59,554 nt of DNA, from NCBI GenBank assembly GCA_043812495.1, contig JBDRMG010000043.1, forward strand, positions 1 to 59,554, written 5' to 3'. The first letter of the stretch is position 1; each line of letters starts with the position of its first letter. Below, piece after piece: positions 8,848 to 16,796 of this stretch. Source of the stretch: Candidatus Omnitrophota bacterium (GTDB taxonomy: Bacteria; Omnitrophota; Gorgyraeia; Zapsychrales; JBDRMG01). Made by a program: the position numbers and the translations under genes. A model generated the notes under the pieces. The model did no database searches. It was not told the DNA's origin and saw only the letters and a list, made by a program, of their open reading frames with translations.

Positions 8848-9192
8848 TTAAAATCGGCGTGATCGCACGTAGCTTTGAATGCCCTCTCGGGCATTAGAGG
8901 ATTCATTGACAAATTCAACGCCGGCGCGGTAGCGGTCCGAATAAGGAACTTGCTGAACCCACGCTACGCGGCCGGTCAAGTCGACAACATGGGGAACATC
9001 TTGAAGCTTAAGGCGCATCGCTATTTCAGTATGAAGAGGGACAAAATCGTTCATGCTGATTTTGATTCCGCCCTCGCTGAGATCACTAGCCAGACATCCG
9101 CCAAACTTGCCCTGTTCTTTGAACTGGTAATGAACAGGCTCTTGGTAGCGAACGCGTTTAAATCTTCTTTTCTCTAAATATTCAGTTTCCAT
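8848..9192 (-). CDS. PilZ-domain protein
   Basis: RRFKR and DLSEGG motifs; start reassigned to METEY (ATG 9192). Confidence 0.88.
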   Translation of the reverse strand: METEYLEKRRFKRVRYQEPVHYQFKEQGKFGGCLASDLSEGGIKISMNDFVPLHTEIAMRLKLQDVPHVVDLTGRVAWVQQVPYSDRYRAGVEFVNESSNAREGIQSYVRSRRF

Positions 9193-9247
9193 AATAAAAA
9201 ATCCACGACCTCTTAACTTTGAGATGCCGTGGCTTTCATCCAATTTA

Positions 9248-9275
9248 AGTATAGCACAATGTCTTCAATTTACAA
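9248..9275 (-). promoter_or_regulatory. Promoter for the PilZ genes (divergent)
   Basis: Minus strand TTGTAA-16 nt-TATACT with extended -10 TG. Confidence 0.5.
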
Positions 9276-9306
9276 TTTATTTTTCGCACACCATTGCTTA
9301 ATCTGC

Positions 9307-9335
9307 TTGTCCAGATCGTCCTCCCATGTTATAAT
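9307..9335 (+). promoter_or_regulatory. Sigma70-type promoter of exeA, probably giving a leaderless mRNA
   Basis: TTGTCC-17 nt-TATAAT with extended TG; ATG 7 nt downstream; no SD. Confidence 0.65.
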
Positions 9336-9342
9336 CTGGCCT

Positions 9343-10143
9343 ATGTATAAAAAGTTTTACGGGCTTAAAGAGAATCCTTTCAATGTCACGAGTGACCCTG
9401 CCTTTTTTTATGCGAGCGCCCACCACAAGGAAGCTTATTCTCATCTGACCTACGGAATCAAGCAAAGAAAAGGAATCATTGTCATCACCGGTGAAATCGG
9501 GACCGGAAAAACAACCCTTTGCCGCACACTCTTAAATCATCTGGACACCAAGACAAAAACGGCTTTTATTTTAAATCCGAATTTCTCGGAACTACAGTTG
9601 CTGCAATTGATTATAAAAGACTTTGGCATTGTCACAGCCCGCAAAGACAGGGCCTCTTTAATCAATGTCCTCAATGATTTTCTAATTGAAGAAACCAGTC
9701 AGGGCAATAACATCGTCGTCATCATTGATGAAGCGCAAAACCTCAAGGAAAGACAGCTGGAACACATCCGCCTTCTTTCCAATCTTGAAACGGAGAAGGA
9801 AAAACTACTGCAGATTGTCCTTGTCGGCCAGCCTGAGCTTGCGGAGAAACTGAAACTCCATTCTCTGCGTCAGATTAACCAAAGAGTCATCGTGCGTTAT
9901 CATATTTTGCCTTTGGAGAAAAACGAAATCACCAGCTACATCTACCATCGGCTCAAAGTGGCCGGGGCATCCAATAAATTGCGATTTTCTGAGGAAACCA
10001 TGGAGGAAATCTATCTTTATTCCGGCGGGACGCCCCGCCTGATCAATATTATTTGTGATCATGCTTTGTTGGCCGGATTCGTTGCGGAGAAATTTACCTT
10101 GGATTATCCATTGGTTAGAAAATGTATTGAAGAAATCGGGTGA
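9343..10143 (+). CDS. ExeA/GspA-family AAA ATPase (ATPase domain only)
   Basis: MYKKFYGLKENPF N-terminus, GEIGTGKTT, IIDEAQNL, LVGQPEL, GGTPRLIN; start reassigned to ATG 9343. Confidence 0.92.
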   Translation: MYKKFYGLKENPFNVTSDPAFFYASAHHKEAYSHLTYGIKQRKGIIVITGEIGTGKTTLCRTLLNHLDTKTKTAFILNPNFSELQLLQLIIKDFGIVTARKDRASLINVLNDFLIEETSQGNNIVVIIDEAQNLKERQLEHIRLLSNLETEKEKLLQIVLVGQPELAEKLKLHSLRQINQRVIVRYHILPLEKNEITSYIYHRLKVAGASNKLRFSEETMEEIYLYSGGTPRLINIICDHALLAGFVAEKFTLDYPLVRKCIEEIG

Positions 10144-10148
10144 CCGCC

Positions 10149-10625
10149 ATGAGTATTATTTATGAGGCTCTCAAAAAGACACAATCACAGCTTGAAAAGA
10201 AGCTCAAGGTGCATCATTCGGTCAAAAAAGGAGAAAGGAATACGGTCGTTTGGGTTGCGACTATTTTGGTCTTTATCGGATTTGTCGGTTGCGCCGGAGC
10301 GCTTCTTTATATCATTCTTTTAAAACCGTCTCTCGAGATGGTTTCCGTCCAAAAGCAAACCGAAACTGTGCCTTCTCGAGAAATTATTCCAACTTCCCGT
10401 CAAGACTCCGCGCGAGGGTCAAGGCCATCAAGAAATGATTTACCTGCTTCCGATCTTACTTTAAACGGCATCATTGCCATGGAGGGCGATTATTTTGCCT
10501 TGATCAATAATGAAATTCTTAGAGAGGGAGAATATATTGAAGGCAAGCGGATTGCTAAGATTTCCGTAGATAAGGTTGAGATCGAAGATAACGGACAGTT
10601 GATCATCCTCAAGACTCCCCGCTAG
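10149..10625 (+). CDS. ExeB/GspB-like protein
   Basis: MSIIYEALKK N-terminus, one TM helix, C-terminal LNGI...INNEILREGE domain; directly after exeA. Confidence 0.8.
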   Translation: MSIIYEALKKTQSQLEKKLKVHHSVKKGERNTVVWVATILVFIGFVGCAGALLYIILLKPSLEMVSVQKQTETVPSREIIPTSRQDSARGSRPSRNDLPASDLTLNGIIAMEGDYFALINNEILREGEYIEGKRIAKISVDKVEIEDNGQLIILKTPR

Positions 10626-10633
10626 GATCTGAC

Positions 10634-10757
10634 TCATTTGAAAAGGTTCTTTCTTATTTAGGATGGATGAAAGAACCTGGGCCATTCAATCTTTTTATCA
10701 TCTATTTGTCTTTCTTAAAGTTATGAAGTATTTATCAATCTCAATAAAAATGGCCCA
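10634..10757. repeat. Family C double-inverted-repeat element, copy 1
   Basis: AGGTTCTTTC-15 nt-GAAAGAACCT then TGGGCCATT...AATGGCCCA. Near copy at 25153-25276; expanded copy at 49454-49660. Confidence 0.85.
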
Positions 10758-10776
10758 AAAATTTCCTTGGATCGAC

Positions 10777-11190
10777 TTATCTGGAAGGGCTTTGCTCTAT
10801 GAGGCCATACGATGTCAAAAGATATCGCTTACCGCCGGCTTCAAGCAAGACATCATTCTTTCGTATTTCTAGAACCTTATAATCGCCAATTTCATCATTT
10901 TCCTGAACGAGAATTCCGTTAATAAAGGCATTTTTCGCTGTTTCAGACCAAACAATCCCATTTAAGCTCAGCTCTGTCTTTGGGCGTGTCAATTTCGGAA
11001 CTTCTTGAACGGCTTTCAAGGGCGCAAAGGGATCCTCCCGGCCATACTGGTCTTTGGGCAGCACTCTTTGCTCGGCTAATAATTTTCTTTTCTCGATCCA
11101 CGAAGACTGCTCCTGGGCATCGGATGAACCGGCCTGCCAGACTCCTAAGCACACCCCGCAGATGAGTAATAGTTTGATATTCCTATTCAT
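10777..11190 (-). CDS. PilP-like pilus assembly protein
   Basis: GREDPFAPL followed by LSLNGIVWS; last gene of the PilMN-O series. Confidence 0.65.
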   Translation of the reverse strand: MNRNIKLLLICGVCLGVWQAGSSDAQEQSSWIEKRKLLAEQRVLPKDQYGREDPFAPLKAVQEVPKLTRPKTELSLNGIVWSETAKNAFINGILVQENDEIGDYKVLEIRKNDVLLEAGGKRYLLTSYGLIEQSPSR

Positions 11191-11804
11191 TTTTCTTTCA
11201 AACGATCCGTAGACAGCTTATACATCGCCAACATCAATTCGACGTTGAGGTCTTGCGACTCTTGCCGGCCTAAGCTAATTTTGAAATCTTCAATACTGAT
11301 CAATTTCGGCTGCTTGGCGAGGGAGACGAGAAAATTGATCAGAGATTTGAAATCGCCCCGGTAGCGAACCTGAACGATGGATTTGGCATAAACGGATACA
11401 AATTCATCATTCACATCGGAAGGGGCGAGAACGTCTTCTTTAATAGGCTTAATAAAAGTGATCTTTCCCCCTGCTTCTTCGGTGAAATAATTGAGCTGTT
11501 TGAGAAAAAGGCTGGCTTCCTCATCCGTAAAGAATTTTTTCCATCGCGCTTCAATTTGAGACTGAACCCGCACAAATTCTTCCTTTAAGGGCATCAAAGA
11601 CTGCAATTTTTCTCCCCCGAGTTTTAAGACAAACTTCTGATTACCCCTTTGCCGCTGTAAGGTTGTTAAGTTGGCAAGCGTTGGCGTAATGACTTTAGCA
11701 AAGAGCAAAAGACACATCAAGCAAGTCAAAATAACAGCCATGGTCTTCTGATGCTGAGGGTCTTTTAAAAATATTTTCTTTAATTGTTTTGATGAGCTGG
11801 CCAT
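11187..11804 (-). CDS. PilO-like protein
   Basis: TM helix, coiled coil, C-terminal YRGDFKSLINFL...LISIEDF pattern; position after PilMN. Confidence 0.8.
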   Translation of the reverse strand: MASSSKQLKKIFLKDPQHQKTMAVILTCLMCLLLFAKVITPTLANLTTLQRQRGNQKFVLKLGGEKLQSLMPLKEEFVRVQSQIEARWKKFFTDEEASLFLKQLNYFTEEAGGKITFIKPIKEDVLAPSDVNDEFVSVYAKSIVQVRYRGDFKSLINFLVSLAKQPKLISIEDFKISLGRQESQDLNVELMLAMYKLSTDRLKEK

Positions 11805-11819
11805 CTTAATATTTCTTCT

Positions 11820-13367
11820 CTATGGCTTTCTTACGGCCTTCTCTTGTGTTTTTAACTTGCCGGTGATGGTGTAATAGGCAAATTCTTGGTTCTCCTGCTT
11901 ATCTTGGATCACGCCTAATTTCACATTCTCAAAATACGGAGATTCCTTTAACGTACGCTCAAAATTAAATGCAGCCTCTTGGGATAAGGCTTCCCCGGCA
12001 AGATTCATGGAATAATCCGCCGTAATATTCAAAGACAACAGCCGAGCGTCTTTGGGAATGATGGCTTGAATTTCCTCTAAAACATCATCCAATGACCTCT
12101 GGTGAACTTCCTCAAAAAATTGTTCCTGAAGACGCATTTCTTCGACATTTTTCTGGCTTTTTCTCTCAAGATCAATCAAATCAGCATATTGCGCCGGCAA
12201 ATCGTCTACTTGACTTTGAAGAGTAATGATTTCTTTCTTAAGGGTATTGATCCTTAAGCGTAAAGAAACAAAAAATAAGCTTAGAGCCATCACCAAAAAG
12301 ACAGAAAAGAATGCAATCCTCTTCAGTCGCTTTTTCATCTCGTTAAAGCGGATCGCTTCAACCGGACAAAGATCCAGGTTGAGAGGAAATTCACCCAAAC
12401 CCAATCCTTTCATGGATAAACCGATCACCCGTGCCAAATACTGGTTGTGATCTTGCCTTTGAAAGCCCCCTACCTTTTCGTCTTTGGGAATAAAATCCAG
12501 AGGGTCGGCGATATCCATGGAAATGCCGTTGATGGACAGCTTTTCATCCGGACTTCGACGTAAACGAGAAATGCTCTGAACTTCACCGGCAAGAACAATC
12601 TTTTCCACTTCCGCCTGAGAACCAAACTTGGAGTGATAATACTGAATGACATTGTCTAATTCCTGAATCAATTTAGCCAAGAATGGTTTCATTTCTTGAT
12701 CATTGGACAGCCCCTGATCCAATGTATGCGTATAAAACAATCTGTTGTCTTTATAAATATTGATGACGGTGCTGCCGGCATCAACGATGACTGTCACCAC
12801 AGCCTGACCCGAGGCGGTCTTGATTGAGCCCTCAAACAGGGCCCTTTGCGCCGCCAATGAATTATCATCAATACCGACAAGATTCAACCGCGCTTCTTGC
12901 GTCATTTGAACATAGCTATCCACCAAAGATTTCTTTGCAGCCGCGATCAAAACCACTGCTTGCTTGACTCCGGCTTCGCTCGGTTGGTCCGCCACCTGAT
13001 AATCGCTGATGGTTTCAAAACCCGCAAAAACGACAAATTTACTGATTTGTGTTTTGACGGCTTCTTTGAGGGCGCGATCGGACATGTGCGCAAAACGACT
13101 CAAATGCAAGACAACATCCGCGCCTCGACAACCCATGATCACGTCTTTGGTGCTAATGCCTTCGCGCGCCAACAACTTCCTGACGCTTTGGCCTAGAACT
13201 TTTGGCTGGATAATAACGCCGTCTTCGATTGCTCCCAGAGGCGTTGGCAGTGAAGCCAAGCGAGCAATCACCAATCCTTTGACAGCTTTCTTGACTACTG
13301 CGACATAGATCATCTGCGGATTGATATCAAGACCGATAGCGATTTTTCTCTTCAATGCTTTTTTCAT
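11820..13367 (-). CDS. PilM-PilN fusion protein
   Basis: Actin-like PilM N-terminal part (IGLDI, IVDAGSTV, IVLAGE), then NLDLCP-TM-coiled coil and a PilN domain (LAGEA...LKESPYFENV). Confidence 0.85.
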   Translation of the reverse strand: MKKALKRKIAIGLDINPQMIYVAVVKKAVKGLVIARLASLPTPLGAIEDGVIIQPKVLGQSVRKLLAREGISTKDVIMGCRGADVVLHLSRFAHMSDRALKEAVKTQISKFVVFAGFETISDYQVADQPSEAGVKQAVVLIAAAKKSLVDSYVQMTQEARLNLVGIDDNSLAAQRALFEGSIKTASGQAVVTVIVDAGSTVINIYKDNRLFYTHTLDQGLSNDQEMKPFLAKLIQELDNVIQYYHSKFGSQAEVEKIVLAGEVQSISRLRRSPDEKLSINGISMDIADPLDFIPKDEKVGGFQRQDHNQYLARVIGLSMKGLGLGEFPLNLDLCPVEAIRFNEMKKRLKRIAFFSVFLVMALSLFFVSLRLRINTLKKEIITLQSQVDDLPAQYADLIDLERKSQKNVEEMRLQEQFFEEVHQRSLDDVLEEIQAIIPKDARLLSLNITADYSMNLAGEALSQEAAFNFERTLKESPYFENVKLGVIQDKQENQEFAYYTITGKLKTQEKAVRKP

Positions 13368-13369
13368 GA

Positions 13370-13786
13370 TTAGGGTGCTATTTCTCTATAATCGCGAATC
13401 CGTAGTGGATAAGGAACCGATGTCGGCAAAACCATCAAACGCACAAAAATTCTTCTTCGATATGTATTTTCCACAACGCCTAAAGAATTGAGCGTGACCA
13501 TCGGCCCGGGGCCGTTGGTGACCGCAACGGTATAGGTCGAATTTGCACCTATAGGGAATTGTACCTGATTAAAGCCCGCGCTCCAATTGTTATTTTGCCT
13601 TAATTCATAGATCGACCGCCCGATACCGGCCTCGGCGACATAATAGGCCATGAGTGAAAATTTATTATTCTGGGCAATCTGAAAATCGGTGGACGCCAAC
13701 TGTGAAATCCCGATGACAAAGAGAGCCAGGAAAAACAAAAGAAAAACAACCAAAAGGAGAACAGAACCTCTTGAATTATAAGCCAT
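13370..13786 (-). CDS. PilX-like minor pilin
   Basis: SRGSVLLLVVFLL...AYYVAEAGI PilX N-terminal pattern; start reassigned to MAYNS. Confidence 0.8.
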   Translation of the reverse strand: MAYNSRGSVLLLVVFLLFFLALFVIGISQLASTDFQIAQNNKFSLMAYYVAEAGIGRSIYELRQNNNWSAGFNQVQFPIGANSTYTVAVTNGPGPMVTLNSLGVVENTYRRRIFVRLMVLPTSVPYPLRIRDYREIAP

Positions 13787-15743
13787 AGGCCAACAGCCTT
13801 CCCGCATTAGACCCGATAAATATCATTCCATTGGCAATCGTTGGAGAAAAATACTGCGTTCGCCCCACATTCGGTGACTGCTGAACAATGTTGCCGCTTG
13901 TTTCGTCAATGACGTAAGCGTAATCACCGGCACTGACATAAACATATTGCCCGCTAAGGACAAGGGCCGAAAGAATATCTCTGTCCAAGCGTTGCGACCG
14001 GCCAATATCTCTTCCGTCAGCTGTGCTAAGTTTATGGACATATCGACCGGCACCCACATAAATATAAGTTCCGTCAATCGAAATAGCCGGCGACCCTTGA
14101 ACAGATCCGCTGAGTCGATCGGATTGCCAAAGTTGGGCGCCCGCTTGCGCATCGTAAGCATACACATATCTATCGTTATTACCTGAGTAAACAACATTTA
14201 TTCCTAAAATCGGATTATAATAGACGCTCGGTGAAGATTGAAAGGGCTGCGAACCTCCCTGTCCGCCGATTACAGGCACAATAATAACGGATCCGTCGCT
14301 AGACGAGATTTTGAATTCTACCTGATCAATGCGCGCATCAAATCGCATAGAGATAGGGACCGTTTCTCCCGGATTAATTGTTTGAACAGAAGTAAAATTG
14401 GCTACGCTTCCGCTGCCGTTACCTGGGGCGATAAGAGAACGCCAGACCCTGAGGCCATTCCACAGCACTTCATTGTAATGGGCGCCGCCAACATATTCGG
14501 CAACCAGAGAAATCACTTGAATAGGAACAGGCGGTTCTGATCTGTTAATAATATCAAATTTAAGCGTTCGATTTCCCTGCTGATCCTCTCGAGACCCTTC
14601 GACATATTCAAGAGGACCGCTGGCCCCCGATCCCCCGGCGCCCCAAAAAAGACTTCCGTCCGTTAAGGAAATGGCAAAAATGCTTCGCGTTGCCATCACA
14701 TATAAGACATTATCCAGAATCACGGGTGTGACATATTCAATTGTTTGATTGAGCCGCGGGGATTGCCAAATCCTTTGACCGGTATTTTTATTCAATCGAT
14801 AGACAGATTCTCCGGCCGTTATATACACCGAATCACCGTAAATAACGGGAGCTGAATGATTAACTTCTCCGTCAAATCGTTGCGCGGGCGGCACGCTCCA
14901 TATCAACTCTCCTTTGATTTTGTCATACGCGTAGGCCTCCCGCCCGGCGGCCACATAAAGGTAATCTCCATCAATGGCAAGCGGTGAATTCAAATCATTG
15001 CCGATAAATGTGGCCCACAGGATAGCGCCCGTATCCGCATCAATGGCAGTAATATTCTGATTTGTGCAGCCTGTAAAAACCATATCCTCATCGACGACGG
15101 CAGAGGAATCAGAAAGATCGCAAATGAGATTGGCTTGCCAGCGACTGGCCAAAAAAAGCGGATTGATCAGTTCGTCTGTAATGCCTAAACCCTGGATACC
15201 GTTACGATATTGAAGCTGCTGATTATCCCTTCGTCTTTTCACCCTCGAGGAAACAACCATATTGTTGACGCTTCCATCAGGATCAGAAATTTCAAGCGTC
15301 GCAAGGACAGAGCGGATCTTCGAAGGCATTGTGGTCTGTGTGACCCCATCTTCCGGATAGTAAGTGAATTGGGATTGATCTCCGATCGGAGCGACAAGAT
15401 CCGCCAAGGGAGAACCCACTGGGCCGTAGTGTAAGACATGATTATCAAGATCGATTTCAAATCGTTTAAAAACACCGTTACTGTCTGTGTAATAAAGGTT
15501 GGCCGCATCGCTTAAGCGGCCAAAATTATGGGCCGTGCGGATTTCTCGTGAAATCAAATCCAGGGCCACGCGCCCTTTTTGGATCAGTTCCGTGCGTCTT
15601 ATCCCTGTGTCCCAAGAACGAAATGATCCCCGGAAGGCCAAAGACACCGTCGCCAGGATAATTCCCATAATCGCGACCACAAAAATAACTTCGATTAAGG
15701 TGAGGCCGTTGCTCGCATAAGAATGGCGCTGATTCCTGTTCAT
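13776..15743 (-). CDS. Type IV pilin/PilW-GspJ-like protein fused to a PQQ/BamB-type beta-propeller
   Basis: GLTLIEVIFVV prepilin motif; about 8 repeats of type (A/Y)xDxxxGxxxW at aa 200-367 and 500-655, interrupted by a beta-rich insert. Confidence 0.85.
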   Translation of the reverse strand: MNRNQRHSYASNGLTLIEVIFVVAIMGIILATVSLAFRGSFRSWDTGIRRTELIQKGRVALDLISREIRTAHNFGRLSDAANLYYTDSNGVFKRFEIDLDNHVLHYGPVGSPLADLVAPIGDQSQFTYYPEDGVTQTTMPSKIRSVLATLEISDPDGSVNNMVVSSRVKRRRDNQQLQYRNGIQGLGITDELINPLFLASRWQANLICDLSDSSAVVDEDMVFTGCTNQNITAIDADTGAILWATFIGNDLNSPLAIDGDYLYVAAGREAYAYDKIKGELIWSVPPAQRFDGEVNHSAPVIYGDSVYITAGESVYRLNKNTGQRIWQSPRLNQTIEYVTPVILDNVLYVMATRSIFAISLTDGSLFWGAGGSGASGPLEYVEGSREDQQGNRTLKFDIINRSEPPVPIQVISLVAEYVGGAHYNEVLWNGLRVWRSLIAPGNGSGSVANFTSVQTINPGETVPISMRFDARIDQVEFKISSSDGSVIIVPVIGGQGGSQPFQSSPSVYYNPILGINVVYSGNNDRYVYAYDAQAGAQLWQSDRLSGSVQGSPAISIDGTYIYVGAGRYVHKLSTADGRDIGRSQRLDRDILSALVLSGQYVYVSAGDYAYVIDETSGNIVQQSPNVGRTQYFSPTIANGMIFIGSNAGRLLAYGL

Positions 15744-15800
15744 CTTTTAAACCCAATCATTCCTTGTTGAATTAATAAAATTTGCTTCACATCACAGGGT

Positions 15801-15863
15801 ATTGACCCCGCCCTTTTGGATTTGTTGCAGCAATAGCCTGATATCCAAAAGGGCGGGGTTAAT
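15801..15863. repeat. Long GC-rich hairpin, family D copy 1
   Basis: 21-bp stem ATTGACCCCGCCCTTTTGGAT / ATCCAAAAGGGCGGGGTTAAT; related to 42806-42879. Confidence 0.8.
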
Positions 15864-15970
15864 GCTTCGATTTTACTCAGCACTCCTTCGATGAAAGCAC
15901 CATGAGCCATGTCGAAGGGTTCCGGCAGCCCCGCTTCTTGCTTTCGCAAAAAAGCAGCGGGGCGCCGTCA

Positions 15971-16363
15971 TTAATAATTCGCGATTTTCGCACTTAAGAC
16001 AACTTTTGTCTCCGCTGAATCAGGCGGCCAGTCACTCGCATTTTCATCGACCCAAACCGTTGCTTCAACGACCTTGAGATTTAAAATGTCTATAGGACCA
16101 TCGGCCGAATATACAATACGAAATTTGTAATTTCCCTCTATCACTCCCTCTTGATAAGAAGGTGTTGTAAAATCATTTTTTAAAAGCTGAATCTCCTCCT
16201 CCATCTTTTGCTGCGCGAGATAAAGACATTTGATTTCTCCTTCTTGCCTTTGGCTCATGATCAACGTGCTCTGAATCAGCCCGATCACGGGAACGATCAT
16301 GATAGACAATATGACAATCGCGCCCAAAACTTCAATTAACGTAAATCCGTTTTTTTTCTTCAT
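15971..16363 (-). CDS. Minor pilin (PilV/GspI-like)
   Basis: KNGFTLIEVL prepilin cleavage/methylation motif. Confidence 0.85.
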   Translation of the reverse strand: MKKKNGFTLIEVLGAIVILSIMIVPVIGLIQSTLIMSQRQEGEIKCLYLAQQKMEEEIQLLKNDFTTPSYQEGVIEGNYKFRIVYSADGPIDILNLKVVEATVWVDENASDWPPDSAETKVVLSAKIANY

Positions 16364-16788
16364 ATTTTCAAGAAACTTATCATTCCGGTGGCAGAGACGA
16401 TACTAATCACATACTGATCTCCTCCGGCTGAAAGAGTAACGCCGGTTCCGCTCGAGGCATTGCCCAGAGATTCAAATACAAAAACCACATCCCCGCCTAT
16501 TGTTATATCTTCATCGAGGGTTCTTTTTTCGCCGACCTGCGCGTCGGAGGAATCAAGAATTCGGTATGTTTTGCTTAAAGGGTCGATTTCCAGGCGATAT
16601 TGACCGGCATGCGTGATCGCCAGGCTGCGCGTTAATCTTAAATCACCGACCAAAGCGCGGGCGCTTGCCTGCAATTGTGTTTGCAGCAAAGCAACGGGAT
16701 TAGCCCTCATTAAAGCCAGGCCGGCTAAAATAGAAATAAGGACGATGACAAATATAATTTCTACAGCGCTATAACTTTTTTTGTTCAT
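16360..16788 (-). CDS. Minor pilin (FimT/GspH-like)
   Basis: KKSYSAVEII prepilin-like motif; ARALVGDLRLTRSLAI and VFESLG GspH patterns. Confidence 0.82.
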   Translation of the reverse strand: MNKKSYSAVEIIFVIVLISILAGLALMRANPVALLQTQLQASARALVGDLRLTRSLAITHAGQYRLEIDPLSKTYRILDSSDAQVGEKRTLDEDITIGGDVVFVFESLGNASSGTGVTLSAGGDQYVISIVSATGMISFLKI

Positions 16789-16796
16789 TGTTCTCT

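Noticed and set aside
15740-15949. 69-aa minus-strand ORF between pilin genes
   Set aside because: It spans the triple-hairpin spacer, has no RBS or pilin motif, and is likely spurious.
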